Position numbers and translations under genes: made by a program. The notes beneath the pieces are model-generated. The model ran no database searches. It saw nothing but the letters and a program-made list of their open reading frames with translations, and was not told where the DNA came from. A stretch of DNA of 64,000 nucleotides from Chlorokybus atmophyticus. Lineage: Eukaryota > Plantae > Mesostigma and Chlorokybus algae. Numbering within the stretch: the first letter of the stretch is position 1; the number at the start of each line of letters is the position of its first letter. Where the stretch lies: assembly GCA_009103225.1 (NCBI GenBank), contig RHPI01003642.1, positions 735,099 to 799,098 of the forward strand. Direction: 5' to 3'. Below are positions 29,289 through 41,200 of the stretch, one piece after another.

Positions 29289-31610
29289 CTACACTATGCT
29301 GCTGCTGTTGTACTCTGCATATGGCACGTCGTCCAGATGCAACCGGCCGTCTCCCTCACCCGCCATGTCCGCCCTGCGTGGTCGAGGTTATTAAGTACAA
29401 AACACACCAATCGCCGCAGAACTAGAAATGAACCGAGTTGTTGCACAGCACACAAGGCATAGCACCATAGTAGAAGGTTTTGCTTAGCTTTGTTACACAC
29501 AGGAAGAACTGATTGCACAGCAATCTGCACCTCATCAGCCCAATGAGCGTTTGTGCCACCGGTCCAACTTTGCCATCTCCAACGTCATGCCCGTCCAAAC
29601 GCACGACCGGCACGACACCCGACCCACCGAGCAACATCACCTCTGTGGCAGTGCGCAGCTCGGCCGCTGCCACGGGCCGCACTGTCACACCCTGACGTGT
29701 TACCGGTAAGAGCACAGGAGAGCGTGAGAGCTGTACGCTTGGGGACAGATGAAGTGGTGCTTTGGTACACACCTTGAGATCCGAGTGGGATTGGCTTGAT
29801 AGCAGCTGCGTGGCAAGCTCAAGAACACGCACTGCTGTGCAACCCCTGTGCAATTGAGCAATGAAGTTAACATCTGCCGGCATCAGCAGTGTCCTACCAG
29901 TGACAACAGGCAAAAGAGACAACTACATGTAAAACGCACTTCTGGTGTGTCTACATACCTCAGTATGTTGTCAAACTGGGGCGTACAGAGCTCCCCTTCT
30001 CGAGTCACTATGGCAACATTCATCACCGATGACTGCGACCACAAAGTCGCTATTGCAATGGCAACGCCTCGGAAACAAGTAAGCTTCTTGAGTGACAAAG
30101 AGCTTACCTCCAGTACATAGCCATCCTTTATGTGAATGCCGTAGTGGCCGCCGCGGGACTCCGCCTCCATTGCCAGCAGCGCATTGGACTGCAATCAGCA
30201 CGGCCACAACCAATTGCCAAGCTTGCACATGCACAGCATAGCCGCACACAGAAACGGAAATGCCAGTTGTAGTTACCACGTAGTTGGTGGTCTTGGCAGT
30301 GGCCAGCAGTATTGGCTTGACAGGCACAACTTCGTCACGGACAGTGATCTCAGAAATCCCTCTGATAACACGCGGGAGTTACTAATTGGGAAAGGTGACT
30401 CTGTCACGAATGCGCACAGCAGCTGAACCTTCAAAACAGCACGAGCAGATGAACCAAGTGTGTTCTACTCACTCACTCGGTGACATCATTTACACTGCCG
30501 AAGCTCTTATGCACCATCACTGCATAAGCGACACAACTGACAGTGAGTACACCGAAGACACAACCAAAGTGCAAAATGTTCATGAGCACTTGTATACAAA
30601 ATCAACCACAACGCACCATAGAAGTTGCTTCGCACGCACTCTTGCGAGCTGATGCCAAACCCGCCTACTCCCGCAGACACCCAATACTGCATGTCACCCA
30701 ATTCACCAACAACAAAACAAAACACTTTAAGCACCCACCCCACACTGGTCCCAACTTATTCTCCCCACCTTGACAAAGGCGTCAGTCTGACCCGAGGCAG
30801 CGATGGTGTGAAGAATGGTGTGGTGAAGGGCTTGGCGTGGCGCGGGAAGTGGCAACCTTACCGCCGCGCACGAGCGCTCGAGTCTGTCCAGGTGTACACG
30901 CAGCCCGTAAGCCCGCCCGGGAGGCACCACATTGCACGTGTCGAACACTGCGTGACCTCTATGCACCCTGCATGCGAGCTGTGAGCACACAACTTGCATC
31001 GTAGCTTGCTTAGGTTGTTGTCTCTGCAGTTACCAGCTTACATGTGATCGTCGAATGGCACAACCATCAGCGCAGGGTCGGTGACTATCCCGCCAAGCGA
31101 TGACGAGTAGAATGCGTACATGTTGCGCCATGCTGGGTGGGATGCTCCGCGCAGCCTCGCTAAAACCTGCTGTTGGTTTACGTTCACGCAGCTTGCACTG
31201 TAGCTGACCATGAACACCCTATGTTGACAAAAAAACTGGTGCATCACCCATAACTCAACACATAGGAGGTGCATGACCAACACCAACGACGTATGACACT
31301 GCAATCAGCAGCAACTGAATGAGTAACAAACGAGCAAGCAGCATGCATTTTGTCAGATGTTATGCAACGACAGCATCTTATCATCCACAATGCAACAAGC
31401 AGCTTGCTCGACCACATGCTCTTTGCTTGTATGCTGCCAACCATGTGTTGCAGTGGAGTGCTCGTCCAAGTGCCACTATCCATGCGGTTGGCCAAAGAGT
31501 GCAGCAACTAGCAGGCAATTGCTTCCAAGAATGAGGATGCTGCTTGCCTGGTCATTGCTAAGTAAGGGTAAGGTGGCCGCCACCTCCGTCGCCGCCGCCG
31601 ACATCGACAT
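29289..31610 (-). CDS. DAAT: D-amino-acid transaminase / aminodeoxychorismate lyase (aminotransferase class IV), intact copy
   Basis: MSMSAAATEVAATLPLLSNDQ|VLARLR...YAFYSSSLGGIVTDPALMVVPFDDHM|VHRGHAVFDTC...HLDRLERS|YWVSAGVGGF|...ATAKTTNY (PLP Lys)|SNALLAMEAE|SSVMNVAIVT...ILRGCT|...VGDGKVGPV|...LDDVPY. All exons join in frame. Confidence 0.93.
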
Positions 31611-31686
31611 GGCGGCAAGCTCCTATTTGTTTGTGAAGCTCTGGTTGGTGAAGTGGTCGAGAGGGCGGCTGGGGCGGCGGTGGAGG

Positions 31687-31790
31687 GTGACGGAGTCGTT
31701 GTTGGGGGCGGGCGGGGCGTAGCAGAAGTACAAGCCCATCAACGTGTTCGTTACCAACGTCGTTACGGTCGCCACGCAGGTGGGTGTTCA
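31687..31790 (+). pseudogene. SPCS2: Degenerate first exon of SPCS2 (duplicate)
   Basis: Aligns to 35110-35230. ATG is changed to GTG (31687), CAG to TAG (31720) and there is a ~15-bp deletion; the donor cgcag|gtgggt is retained. Confidence 0.85.
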
Positions 31791-32203
31791 AGGCGCCATG
31801 ATAGTGTGCCCGAATAACATAAAAAAACAGCTGGCACAAGCATTCACTTCAGTGTCTTTGCCCTTTGGATTGTATGCTTGCTGTTAGTAGGCAGGCGTTA
31901 GTAGGCAGGCGTTTTCACGTAACGTGTATTGTTACACGCTTCAAGTGATAATTCAGTACAACGTGCAATGTGGACATGGCAAACAGCTTGCAATCGTTTA
32001 CATCAAGCAACAAGATGCTGGCCGCAAGGGCGCTGCCGCATTGACAGCTCCTGTTATCGTGCATGTTTTCTGTTTCTTTGTTAAGCCTGTTCAGAGACCC
32101 ACATCCATACCCACACCGACACCCACACCCACATTCACACATACACATGACAGGCGTGTTGGCACACAGAAGTACTAATGAAATGGGGACTGGCCTGCTT
32201 CAG

Positions 32204-33361
32204 GGCCTGCTGACAGCTTCACATCCGTAAAGAGGTGGAGAGGTTGGAGTGAGCAGCAGGTGGAGTGTAGCGCGCGCCAAGTCAAATGCTCTGTTCCGCG
32301 CTTCGTCGCTGACTTGCTCTGGTATTCACAGACTCTGATTGGCAGTGCACGCCGTGGCATCTCCACCAAGCGTGTCTATGTGAGTGCTAGACATGCTTTG
32401 GCGAGTGCTACTGACATGCATGTGGGGCCTGCAGTGTCGTTGATAGACTGCTTTCTCCATGCAGTGTAACACATGCACTTCTCTGGATGAAGCAAACAAA
32501 CGGGCTCGATGCTCACTTGCGCTGTTTAAAGCTATAGGCTTGGCGTTTGTAGCTGGCTTTGGCATTGACACAGCTTTTGCCCGATTACACGAGCGACTCT
32601 GCGGCGGCCAGAATGAGCTGTTGGAGGAGTTACAGTTCCTTTCCAATGCAGCAGAACGGGCAGAGGAAGCTGAATGTACTGCATTGGCGTCCCACTACAA
32701 ACGGTATGCGTTGTCGTCAACACGGTTGTATCCAACTGTTTGAACTTATCGGTGTCCCTTGTGTGTAAGGATGTTGAACCTTGTACAAACTGAAGCATAC
32801 CGCAGCCTCCCAAGGCAAGAGCGACACCGTTTGCTCAAAGCGCTCTTCTGGAGGACTTGAGCGGGTGGTTTGGCAAAGACAGCTGTTGAATAAGGTAAGC
32901 CCGTGTTGATGTTCACCGGCCCCATGTCGGGACCAGTCTATGGGCGTCGCCCTGTCAAGCCTCGGTAGCCCCATGCTCACACTGGCCGGTGTGCTGCTCC
33001 TCATGCTCACGCTTTCTGAGCCTCTCACCCACATGCGCATTGCCATCGTGGGCATGATATCAATCTCTAAGACAACTACTGCTGCATTGCACTGGTTGTC
33101 AGACCCCATTTCTTCTGCTGCTGACTTTTATGTTGGTATGCACAAAGTACATGATGAACTTACTGGCATATCAACGCCATGCTTCTCTCTGCTCATAAGC
33201 ATGTCACTCTCTCCTGCAGCACGCATGTCCACAAAATGGAGGACTTGCTGCAACAATGGCGTGTAGATGAAACTAAACGCCTCTGCCACGAGATATCAAC
33301 AAACTCATTAGCTGAAAGATATTTAGAACTTGCAAACCCTCTGCTTGCTGGTCTCTTTTGA
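32204..33361 (+). CDS. Uncharacterised spliced gene or gene relic, probably frameshifted
   Basis: Exons 32204-32379, 32466-32703 and 32770 onward join in frame (GPADSFTSVKRWRGW...ISTKRVY|CNTC...HYKR|MLNLVQ). A stop occurs at 32858-32860, upstream of a further donor (32894) and a coding-like exon at ~33220-33361. Confidence 0.4.
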
Positions 33362-33639
33362 AGGAAAGGGCTAACAGTCCAGTGTTACAAGGAGGTCGTT
33401 GCTGAAAGCTGCGACAGCTGACGAAGTGCACAAGCAGCAGAACATGTTGGCTCCCGCAGAACAACTTGCACTGCTTAGTTGCAACGATTGCATACTGTGG
33501 CTCACAAACGACTGCCGCACATCAATGTTCCCCCACGCACAACAGCACCAATTACTAATGCACAAGCAACACCTTTGTGGGAGCCACATCAGCAACAATC
33601 CCACAAATTCAAGCAAATACACCAGTGATGAACACGCAT

Positions 33640-35030
33640 TGTGTGCTAGGCAGGTTCGCATGTTTGTCGCGGACAGTGATCTCATGACTTCATCTCACTT
33701 GTCTGCGTATCACAGCGGAGTACAACTGAGAGAGGCGACTCTTTTACACGTGCACCCAGCAGCTGAAACCAAAAGACACCACATAACCCAAAGTTTAACC
33801 ACTCTCTCCGTAACGACATCTGCGATACCAACAAGCTTATGCACCATCAGTTCATTACAATTATGTATGACACAGATCGCTCTGTGTGCCAACGCACAAT
33901 ACTCAGTTTCAAACACAGTCAACGTGAGAAGCCTACAAAAGTTGCTGAGCACGCACCCTTCAGAGCTGATGCCAAGCCCACCTGCTTCTGCAGACACCCA
34001 ATATTGCATAAGCTAACAGTAACAGACCCGCTTCCAGTGTCGCACTGGAAGCGACCCTCCACCCTGATGATGTCATTCACCCCACCTTGACAACCGCGTC
34101 GATCTGGCCGAAGTCGGCAATGCTGCAGAATTGGTGTGGTGGAGGGCCTGGCGCGTGGCCGGGAGGGGTAACCTTACAGTGCATGAGCGCTCATATCTGT
34201 CAAACACGGAGTACACAGAGCCGTACGCCCGCTGAGGGCCCGCTGAGGACCACATCGCACAACTTGCAACTGTGTGGCCCCTATGCACCCTGCATGCCAG
34301 AAGTAAGCACACAACCAGCATCACGCTTGCTTGGGCTGTCTTGTTGTTCTCTCTTGCATGTGGTCGTCGAATGGCACAACCATCAGCACAGGGTCCATGA
34401 CTGCCCCGACAAAGTGGTGACGAAGAAACCGCGTACATGTTGCACCATGCGCTGGGTGCGATGCTCTGCGCAGCCTTGCCGCACCACGCTTTTCGTGTTT
34501 ACAATACACTAATACAAGCATGTGCAGCTGACCATGAGCACTTGTGTCCACCAGCACAAAGCCCGAAGCCCACATCGACATGCTCGCTGCATGACACAAC
34601 AGCGACCACCAGTGCCATGCAGCACGCAATCAGCAGCGACTGTAACCAGAGCAAAAGTGCCAGACACATGCGCACGCTTGTTCAGATGATGTGCAACTTG
34701 TTTTCAACAATGCAACAAGCAGAACGCTGGACCACATAATGTTGTTCCACTTTGGCGTGCATGCTGTCAACCAGTCGTTGCAACCAAGTGCTTGTTATAG
34801 TGCAACCATCCAGAATGGCCAAAGGGCACAGCAAACAAGAACCACTACTGTACGTATGCATGTACCTAGTCTGTGCCGTTGATCCCACACTAACACGCTA
34901 GTCCGCCCCGCTGACGCCAGCTGAACATCAGTGAGGGATTTGCACTGAGGAAGCTGCTCACTTGACCAGCTAGGACAAGATTTCCGCCGCCCTCGCCGCC
35001 GACAACGACGACATGGCGCCAATCTCCTAC
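33640..35030 (-). pseudogene. DAAT: Degenerate DAAT duplicate
   Basis: Exon and intron homology to 30330-31610 (VVPFDDHM, VHRGH, YWVSA exons). Stop in exon 1 (34970-34972), indels in the VHRGH exon, and no recognisable 3' exons. Confidence 0.85.
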
Positions 35031-35079
35031 TCACTGGCTGCGGGCTACCTCCTAGCATGGAAAGCCCAGTTGTTGGCTG

Positions 35080-36353
35080 ATGGCTGCGGCGGCTGGGGCG
35101 GCGGTGAGGATGACGGAGTCGTCGTCGGGGCCGGGCGGGGCGCAGCAGCACAAGTACGACCCCATCAACGTCTACGACACTAACGCTGTCAAGCGTCTGC
35201 TGGATGAGGTCGCCACGCAGGTGGGTGGTCAAGGCCCCATGATAGTGGGCCCCAGCAACAGCAACATCAACACCAACAGCTGGCACATGCAGATACTTTA
35301 TTGCATGAGTGCTTGATAACGGCAGGTAGAAACTATAATTAGTACAGTAACATGCATTGTGGCGCATTTCAGGTGATAGCTTTGTTGTATACCTGCATTG
35401 TAAGCATTGCACTCAGCCTGCAGTTGCCTACAATGCAGCGTATGCTTGCTGCAAGGTCGCTACCACATCAACTGCTCCTGTACTGACGTCTTCGTGATTT
35501 TTATGGTTTGCGGGTGCTTTTGAGCTTGGACAGCTAGGACAAGCATGTTTACATGGAAACAGTCACCATCCATTTGCATGTTCTATTCAGTGGCCATAGT
35601 TACGCGGGGTTGTTCTCATGACTGTTCTGCCTCAGGTCATTATTGACAAAGGCTATGACGAGAACCATTTCGTAAGCAATGTTAAGATTACGCTGGGCCT
35701 CATCACGTGCTCCTTCGCGCTGCTCGCGCAGTTCTACCCCAAAAAGTTCCCAAGCAACTTCAACCTCCTTGTCATTTGCATTGTCGGGTAGGCAACAGTT
35801 GCAAATGCACCGCTTGCTAAGAGATGTGGAAAAAAAAACTGACGCCTGAACGCAGGTACATTCTGTGTAATTGTGCCCTTCAACTCTTCTGCTACATTCG
35901 CGAAAAGGACCACATACTCATCACACACCCAAACAAAGTAAGCTGCGTTGGGTCACAACCTCCTTTGTGTATAGGCGACGCACACTTGTACGCACCCACC
36001 TGTCATGATGCACACAGGAGCGCAGCTTCACCAGCTTTGGCCTGGCGGTGTCATCCATGCTGCCACGCTTCTCTGACACATACACGCTGACAATTGCCGA
36101 CACGAGGCCAGCCAGCGTTGCCACTGCGCGTGAACCCGTTTCGCTCTGCAAAAGCTACACAACCTGGTGAGTGTGATGATTAACCATGAGCAATGCCTAC
36201 TCTGTTGCCGGGCGCCTGCTTGAATTGTGAATTAATTTTCGCACACTGCATAGGTTTGACTCGACAGGCCTGTTGGCGGAGAAGGTGTTTGTAGCGGAGG
36301 TTCAGAAGCTGCTAGCAGACTATGAAAACAGTGACCGAAAGAAGTCTAGATAA
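35080..36353 (+). CDS. SPCS2: Signal peptidase complex subunit 2 (SPC25), intact copy
   Basis: YDPINVYDTNAVKRLLDEVATQ|VIIDKGYDENHFVSNVKITLG...QFYPKKFP...|...SSMLPRFSDTYTL...KSYTTW|FDSTGLLAEKVFVAEVQKLL; two TM segments. The start may be 35080 or 35110. Confidence 0.93.
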
Positions 36354-36727
36354 AACAAATGTTTTGTTGTATGGTGATTTCGTGCACAGCGTGTCAGTGT
36401 CAGTGCTTGTGCCTGTGCCCAGCAGCTTCCTATGTACCCACTAGCGCAGTCCCATCCAATGTTTATGCGGCTAGTATAAGCTTCTTGCAATACAAGTCGC
36501 ACCACCTTGTGATGTAGAAGTCATCTGCACCCACAAGAACACACACACACACACACACACACACGGAGCACGTATGTTTATGTCATTACGTTCTGTACAG
36601 GCACAATGATTTGCAAGTATGTATGTGGCAACCTTGACACCTTGACACGGCTCAACACTTAGCAGTTAAGTAACTTCGGCGACAACACAGCTACCACACA
36701 TGACATCTGGCTTAACCAACTCCATCA

Positions 36728-37879
36728 TCAAAGTTTGCTCACAGTCGCTGCAGGTATACCAAGTCGTTGCCGGACAGCTCGGAGTATCGCAGCGGCCTCT
36801 CCATTATGTCCGCCGCCGCCATCGTGTCCATCTGGTTGTGCTATTGGCGCATGCTGCTCGTACCAACGCCGCCACTCCGGTAGAACGCTTGTGAGCAGCG
36901 CTACATAATTCAGCTTCGCCTCCTCCGTGCTCATCGACTCGAGGGCCTTCCACTCCCGGGTCTTGCGCACCCACAGCTGGTCTGGTGAACACACGTACAA
37001 AAGTGAGTGTGGATGGTTGTAGTGTATCGATGATGCTAGATAGTGACCATGCCTGAGGAGGCGGACGTGCTCGCTAAGTTGTCGTCGTAGGGTCCAAGGG
37101 TGGCTTGCGCGTGCAATGCGAACAGCCAGCAGCGGGGCTCTTCCTGTGATCAGTGAACATGTGGAACTATGGGTCTCGTATGTAAGCAATGGCTGGTGAG
37201 TGCAATCAAGAGTTACGTGTGCGCATGTCCATGTGTGCGCATGTGTCCTGAAAGCTTACGTCCTGTGCAAGTGCGCATGCGCATGCGTGTGCGTGTATCT
37301 GTATAACTGTGTGGTGGCCAGCATTCAGTCAAAAACGCATGCTTCATAGCAGACAAGCCTGCATGCCTGAGACAACAATCACATGATTGAAGAATCATGC
37401 ACAGCAAATGAGTTCGCACCTTAAGAAACTGGAGCTGAGCTGATGGACCTGCAAGAGCCGAATCAGCACATCTGCTGCAGAACTCACACAGGGGTATGTA
37501 CTGGGTACTATTGTCATGCACAAACTAGCCGAGCAGGTTACGTGTTAACGGATACGCTATAACGTTGATTTATCGGTGATTAGCAAAATTGAAACAAATC
37601 GTTGATTAATCGTTCACGGCGATAACGGTATCAACCCAAGTCTGTCTGGCACCCTGTAGTTGATGCAACAATCACCGACTTCGACGTGCATGACCCACCG
37701 CATGCTTTTAACGAACACCTTGCGCGCAAGCTCCCAAACCAACGATACAGTCCTTGAAACAAGTGACCATGTAGATAAGTAGCAAAACAGCCAGCCTTTC
37801 CCTGCTTTACGCAAGGCGCACCTTTCTCAACGAAGTAGCGAGCGGCGCGCCAGTCCCTCGCAGCAGAAGACGCCTCCAT
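36728..37879 (-). CDS. Acyl-CoA-binding (ACBP) domain protein
   Basis: MEASSAARDWRAARYFVEK...WLFALHAQATLGPY...KTREWKALESMSTEEAKLNYVALL fits the ACB fold with some divergent residues. Internal exon structure is only partly resolved. Confidence 0.7.
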
Positions 37880-38084
37880 GATGAAGCAAACCAATCAAAC
37901 AACTACTCAAGCGCCTCGCAACCAACACCACAACACAACACAACACCATTGCAGGAGGCTTTGTTTCGCCAAGTCCCATTGCAGAGTCTGCAATGCGAAG
38001 GGCTCTGCGCGATACCCTCGTCCAGGCTTGAAATACCAAACGTGTCGGGAGTGACGGGCAATCGAGATACGCGCGTTGCCGTAA

Positions 38085-38096
38085 TTAGGGTTTGAG
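38085..38096 (+). promoter_or_regulatory. Telo-box-like element (TTAGGGTTTGAG) in the ACBP/UTP10 divergent promoter
   Basis: TAGGGTTT is the reverse complement of AAACCCTA. An identical 12-mer lies at 62815-62826. Confidence 0.5.
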
Positions 38097-38212
38097 TCCG
38101 CCGTTTGACGGCAATTAGGCCGGCTGCATGGCGGCGGCGGCGGCGGCGGCGGCGGCAGGCCAGGTGGGATAGGCGGGGCCAGTTTGGCTAGGTGTGTGTC
38201 AAGGAGCTGACG

Positions 38213-41200
38213 ATGGCGGTGGTGGCGAGGACGGCGTTGTCGACGCAGCTTGCCCAGCTCGCGCTCGCGGCGGGAGATGTGGCACACAGGCTGCCGAAGG
38301 GCAAGCCTTCGCTGCTGTACGACCCCAAGGAGGCGGCGGACATAGACATCACAACCATCTATCACATTGGTTGCAGTGGTAATTACTTAATCTTCACACT
38401 GACATCAATAGCCCGTCGGGAGTATACCTATATTATATCATTACACATGATCAGGATGGTTTTGCCTTGCATGCATCTGCTATCATCTTGTACGTACTTA
38501 CAGCTGTTGTTGTCAGCGTATAGAGCTTCATGCATGTTGCACGTTTCGGAAATCCAGTGTTGGAGAAGAGTACAGCCTGGTGCCGGGCATGTACACAGCA
38601 TGCATGTAAAACAGACATAGCGTGGCATGACCGAGCTCTGCTTGTGATGAGCTACCTTTCTTCCAGGCCTTGATGAATTGTGCGAAATGGACCCGCGTTT
38701 TGAAGTCTTCCGCAGCACGCTGTTTAGTGCGGCCGGCAAAGAGGTGATCATGGATTGTGTTTGGTTGCTTTATGCAATGCGGTACGCTGCGTGTGTTGAA
38801 AGCCAGTCAGCTTTTAGATGACGAGGTGTAGTTTTTCATCCGTTACACACCGTTACACACCTGACAGCTGGATCGCCAAATGGAAGTGAAAGAAGTGAAC
38901 GAGCAGCTTGACAAGTCGCTGCACGCATTTCTTCGCCTGCTCTCTAACTACTTCTTGCTGTCACCTGCGCACAAGACGTTAGAGTTTCTGATTCGGCGCT
39001 ACAGGTTGGTGCAAGCGTATTACTTTCAAGCTGCTTATGACAAATCATGATGAATCATCATCCTTAGCTTGCATTTAGTGCATGAGAATGGGGTGGAGCA
39101 CATGTGCATGACACTGTGGTGCTGTAACACAGTGGTGACAGCTTTGCTAGTTAGTTACGGTCGGGACCACGTTGCCTGTGATGATGTTTACTCTATGGAT
39201 CAACCACCTGAAATAGTTATGTGGATGACTTGAGGTCTGAGGCAAAGCAGCCCTGGTTGCGTGTTTGGGTGGGGGGGTGGGGGGGGAGCTACTGGACACA
39301 GCCCCGTGTAGTGTGTGCTGCCCGTGATGATGTGTACTCTTTGGATCAACCACCTGAAACTCCATGTGGATAGCATGAGACCTGAGGCAAGCATTAGAGA
39401 GGTGTTTTTCACTTGCGAAAAGTCAAAGAGAGGGGGACTAGTTTGCCTTTGATGAGGTTTACTCATTGGATCAACCACCTGAAACTCCATGTGGTCAACT
39501 TGAGGACTGAGGCAAACCGCTGTGTGCTAGTTGTGCAGGGTACTCGGCTCTCCTGTGACTTGCATACAGCTGATGCGTGTTGTGTGTCTCTTGCAGCATC
39601 TACCAGTACAACGTAGATTCAATTGTCTCCAGCTTTCTACCCTACCACCAGACTGCCATTTTTGTGCGGCTAATGCAGCTGATGCGGTTGGAGTAAGTGC
39701 ACTGCAGAGTGTTCACTGTCACCGCGTTTTGCCCAACGTATCAATTGGTTTTGCCCTGCTTCACCAACATTTGCAACTGGCGCGCAGGGGATCAATCTGG
39801 AGCTTTCTAGCTGGTATTCGAGAAGCGGGAGCTGCAATGCCGAGAACCCAACTGGTGCAGCAATGTGCAAAAGACACTGCTCTTTTGTTAGCAATCTGCG
39901 ATGCGGTATGCTTTAACAATCTGTCGCTGATGACTTCTTTCAAGCAGCTCAGCCGCAACCGCCAGCTTGTGCCTTTGCACATTAATAATGCTGACTGTCT
40001 TGTAGGCAGTTGAGGTGTCCAGTGCCGAGTATGCTTCCAGCCGCATGCTGTGCTTCTATGCTGTGGTTGTCATGGAGACGCTGGCAGTTATGCCGGCTGT
40101 CACAAACGAGTTCCTCCCCCGCATCATTCCCTATATAAGCAAGGGGCTGCAGAAAGGAGTGGCCCCCGATTTCGTGGTACGTCTGGGCTGAGGGTTGACA
40201 GTGTGATTCTTAACTAAGAACATGTCACCGTTGTTGTGCACTCCAGCCATTCTGTCAGGTTCTACACCATACCGTACCCTTGTTTGTTCCTACTCATAAG
40301 GCGTTGTGCAGGCAGGCACGTACATGGTGCTTATGCAGCTGGCCCATAGAGTCGTGCTCGCTCCCGAACTGGCGCAGGCGTTGGTGGAGGCTGTTGCTCG
40401 CGCTCCGGCCAATACCGGAGGCTCTGAATCCGACGCCTTGCTGGCGCTGTTGATGCTAGCTCAGGTTTGTTGTTGTTTGCACAGTTGCATTGCTGCAAGC
40501 AGCAGCAGGACCTGTACTGTTGTGCTCATAATTGCTTCCTCGCGTCATTTGTAGACCCAAGGTTTGCAGCAGCTTCCAGACAGGGCTTTCACAGCCCTCT
40601 TGAAGTTCAGGTGAGTGGAGCGCTGTTAAAGGTGATGGTTGAATGGTATATGCACGGTTGGCTTTATCACTGTTGTTTGTTGGCAGAGATCTGCCTGCGG
40701 AGCTCAACCACGTGAGTTTGAAGTATGATGTGGCACCGCTTCTCAGATTGATTATCAGCAGCCATATTCAGCATTGGTGAGCACAACTATCGCATGCTAT
40801 TGCCCTTCAGATTCGACGCTACCATGCGTTTGTTGCTAACGACTTTTGTTGGTCTCCTGCAGTGTGGGGAGTGAAGACTGTGAGCAAGGAATGCAGGCTT
40901 TGATCACCAAGGTTCCCCTCGGAAGCCTTGCAAATGACACAGCAGCAGCGTTGCTTCGATTATTGTCTACAGAGTCAAAGAGTGAAATATTCACAGCTGC
41001 TGTGCCCACCATGCAGCGCTTGCTGCGCGCGTTGGACCTGCGGTACCCACAGCAAGTTGATAAGCAGATCAATGCCGTCTTGAAGGTATGACAACACCAT
41101 TTGCTCAACTTGCAAGGCATGACTTACCAACCCATGGTTGCATACCGCAGCAAAGGAGAAAATCTTCAGGAGGTCTCAATGGGGAGCAGCAGGGTGCTGA

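Noticed and set aside
39172-39517. Three spaced repeats as a CRISPR array or as U3 snoRNA
   Set aside because: This is a eukaryotic intron with no cas genes. The units have C/D boxes and terminal stems and are ~75 nt, far shorter than U3 and lacking its B/C domain.
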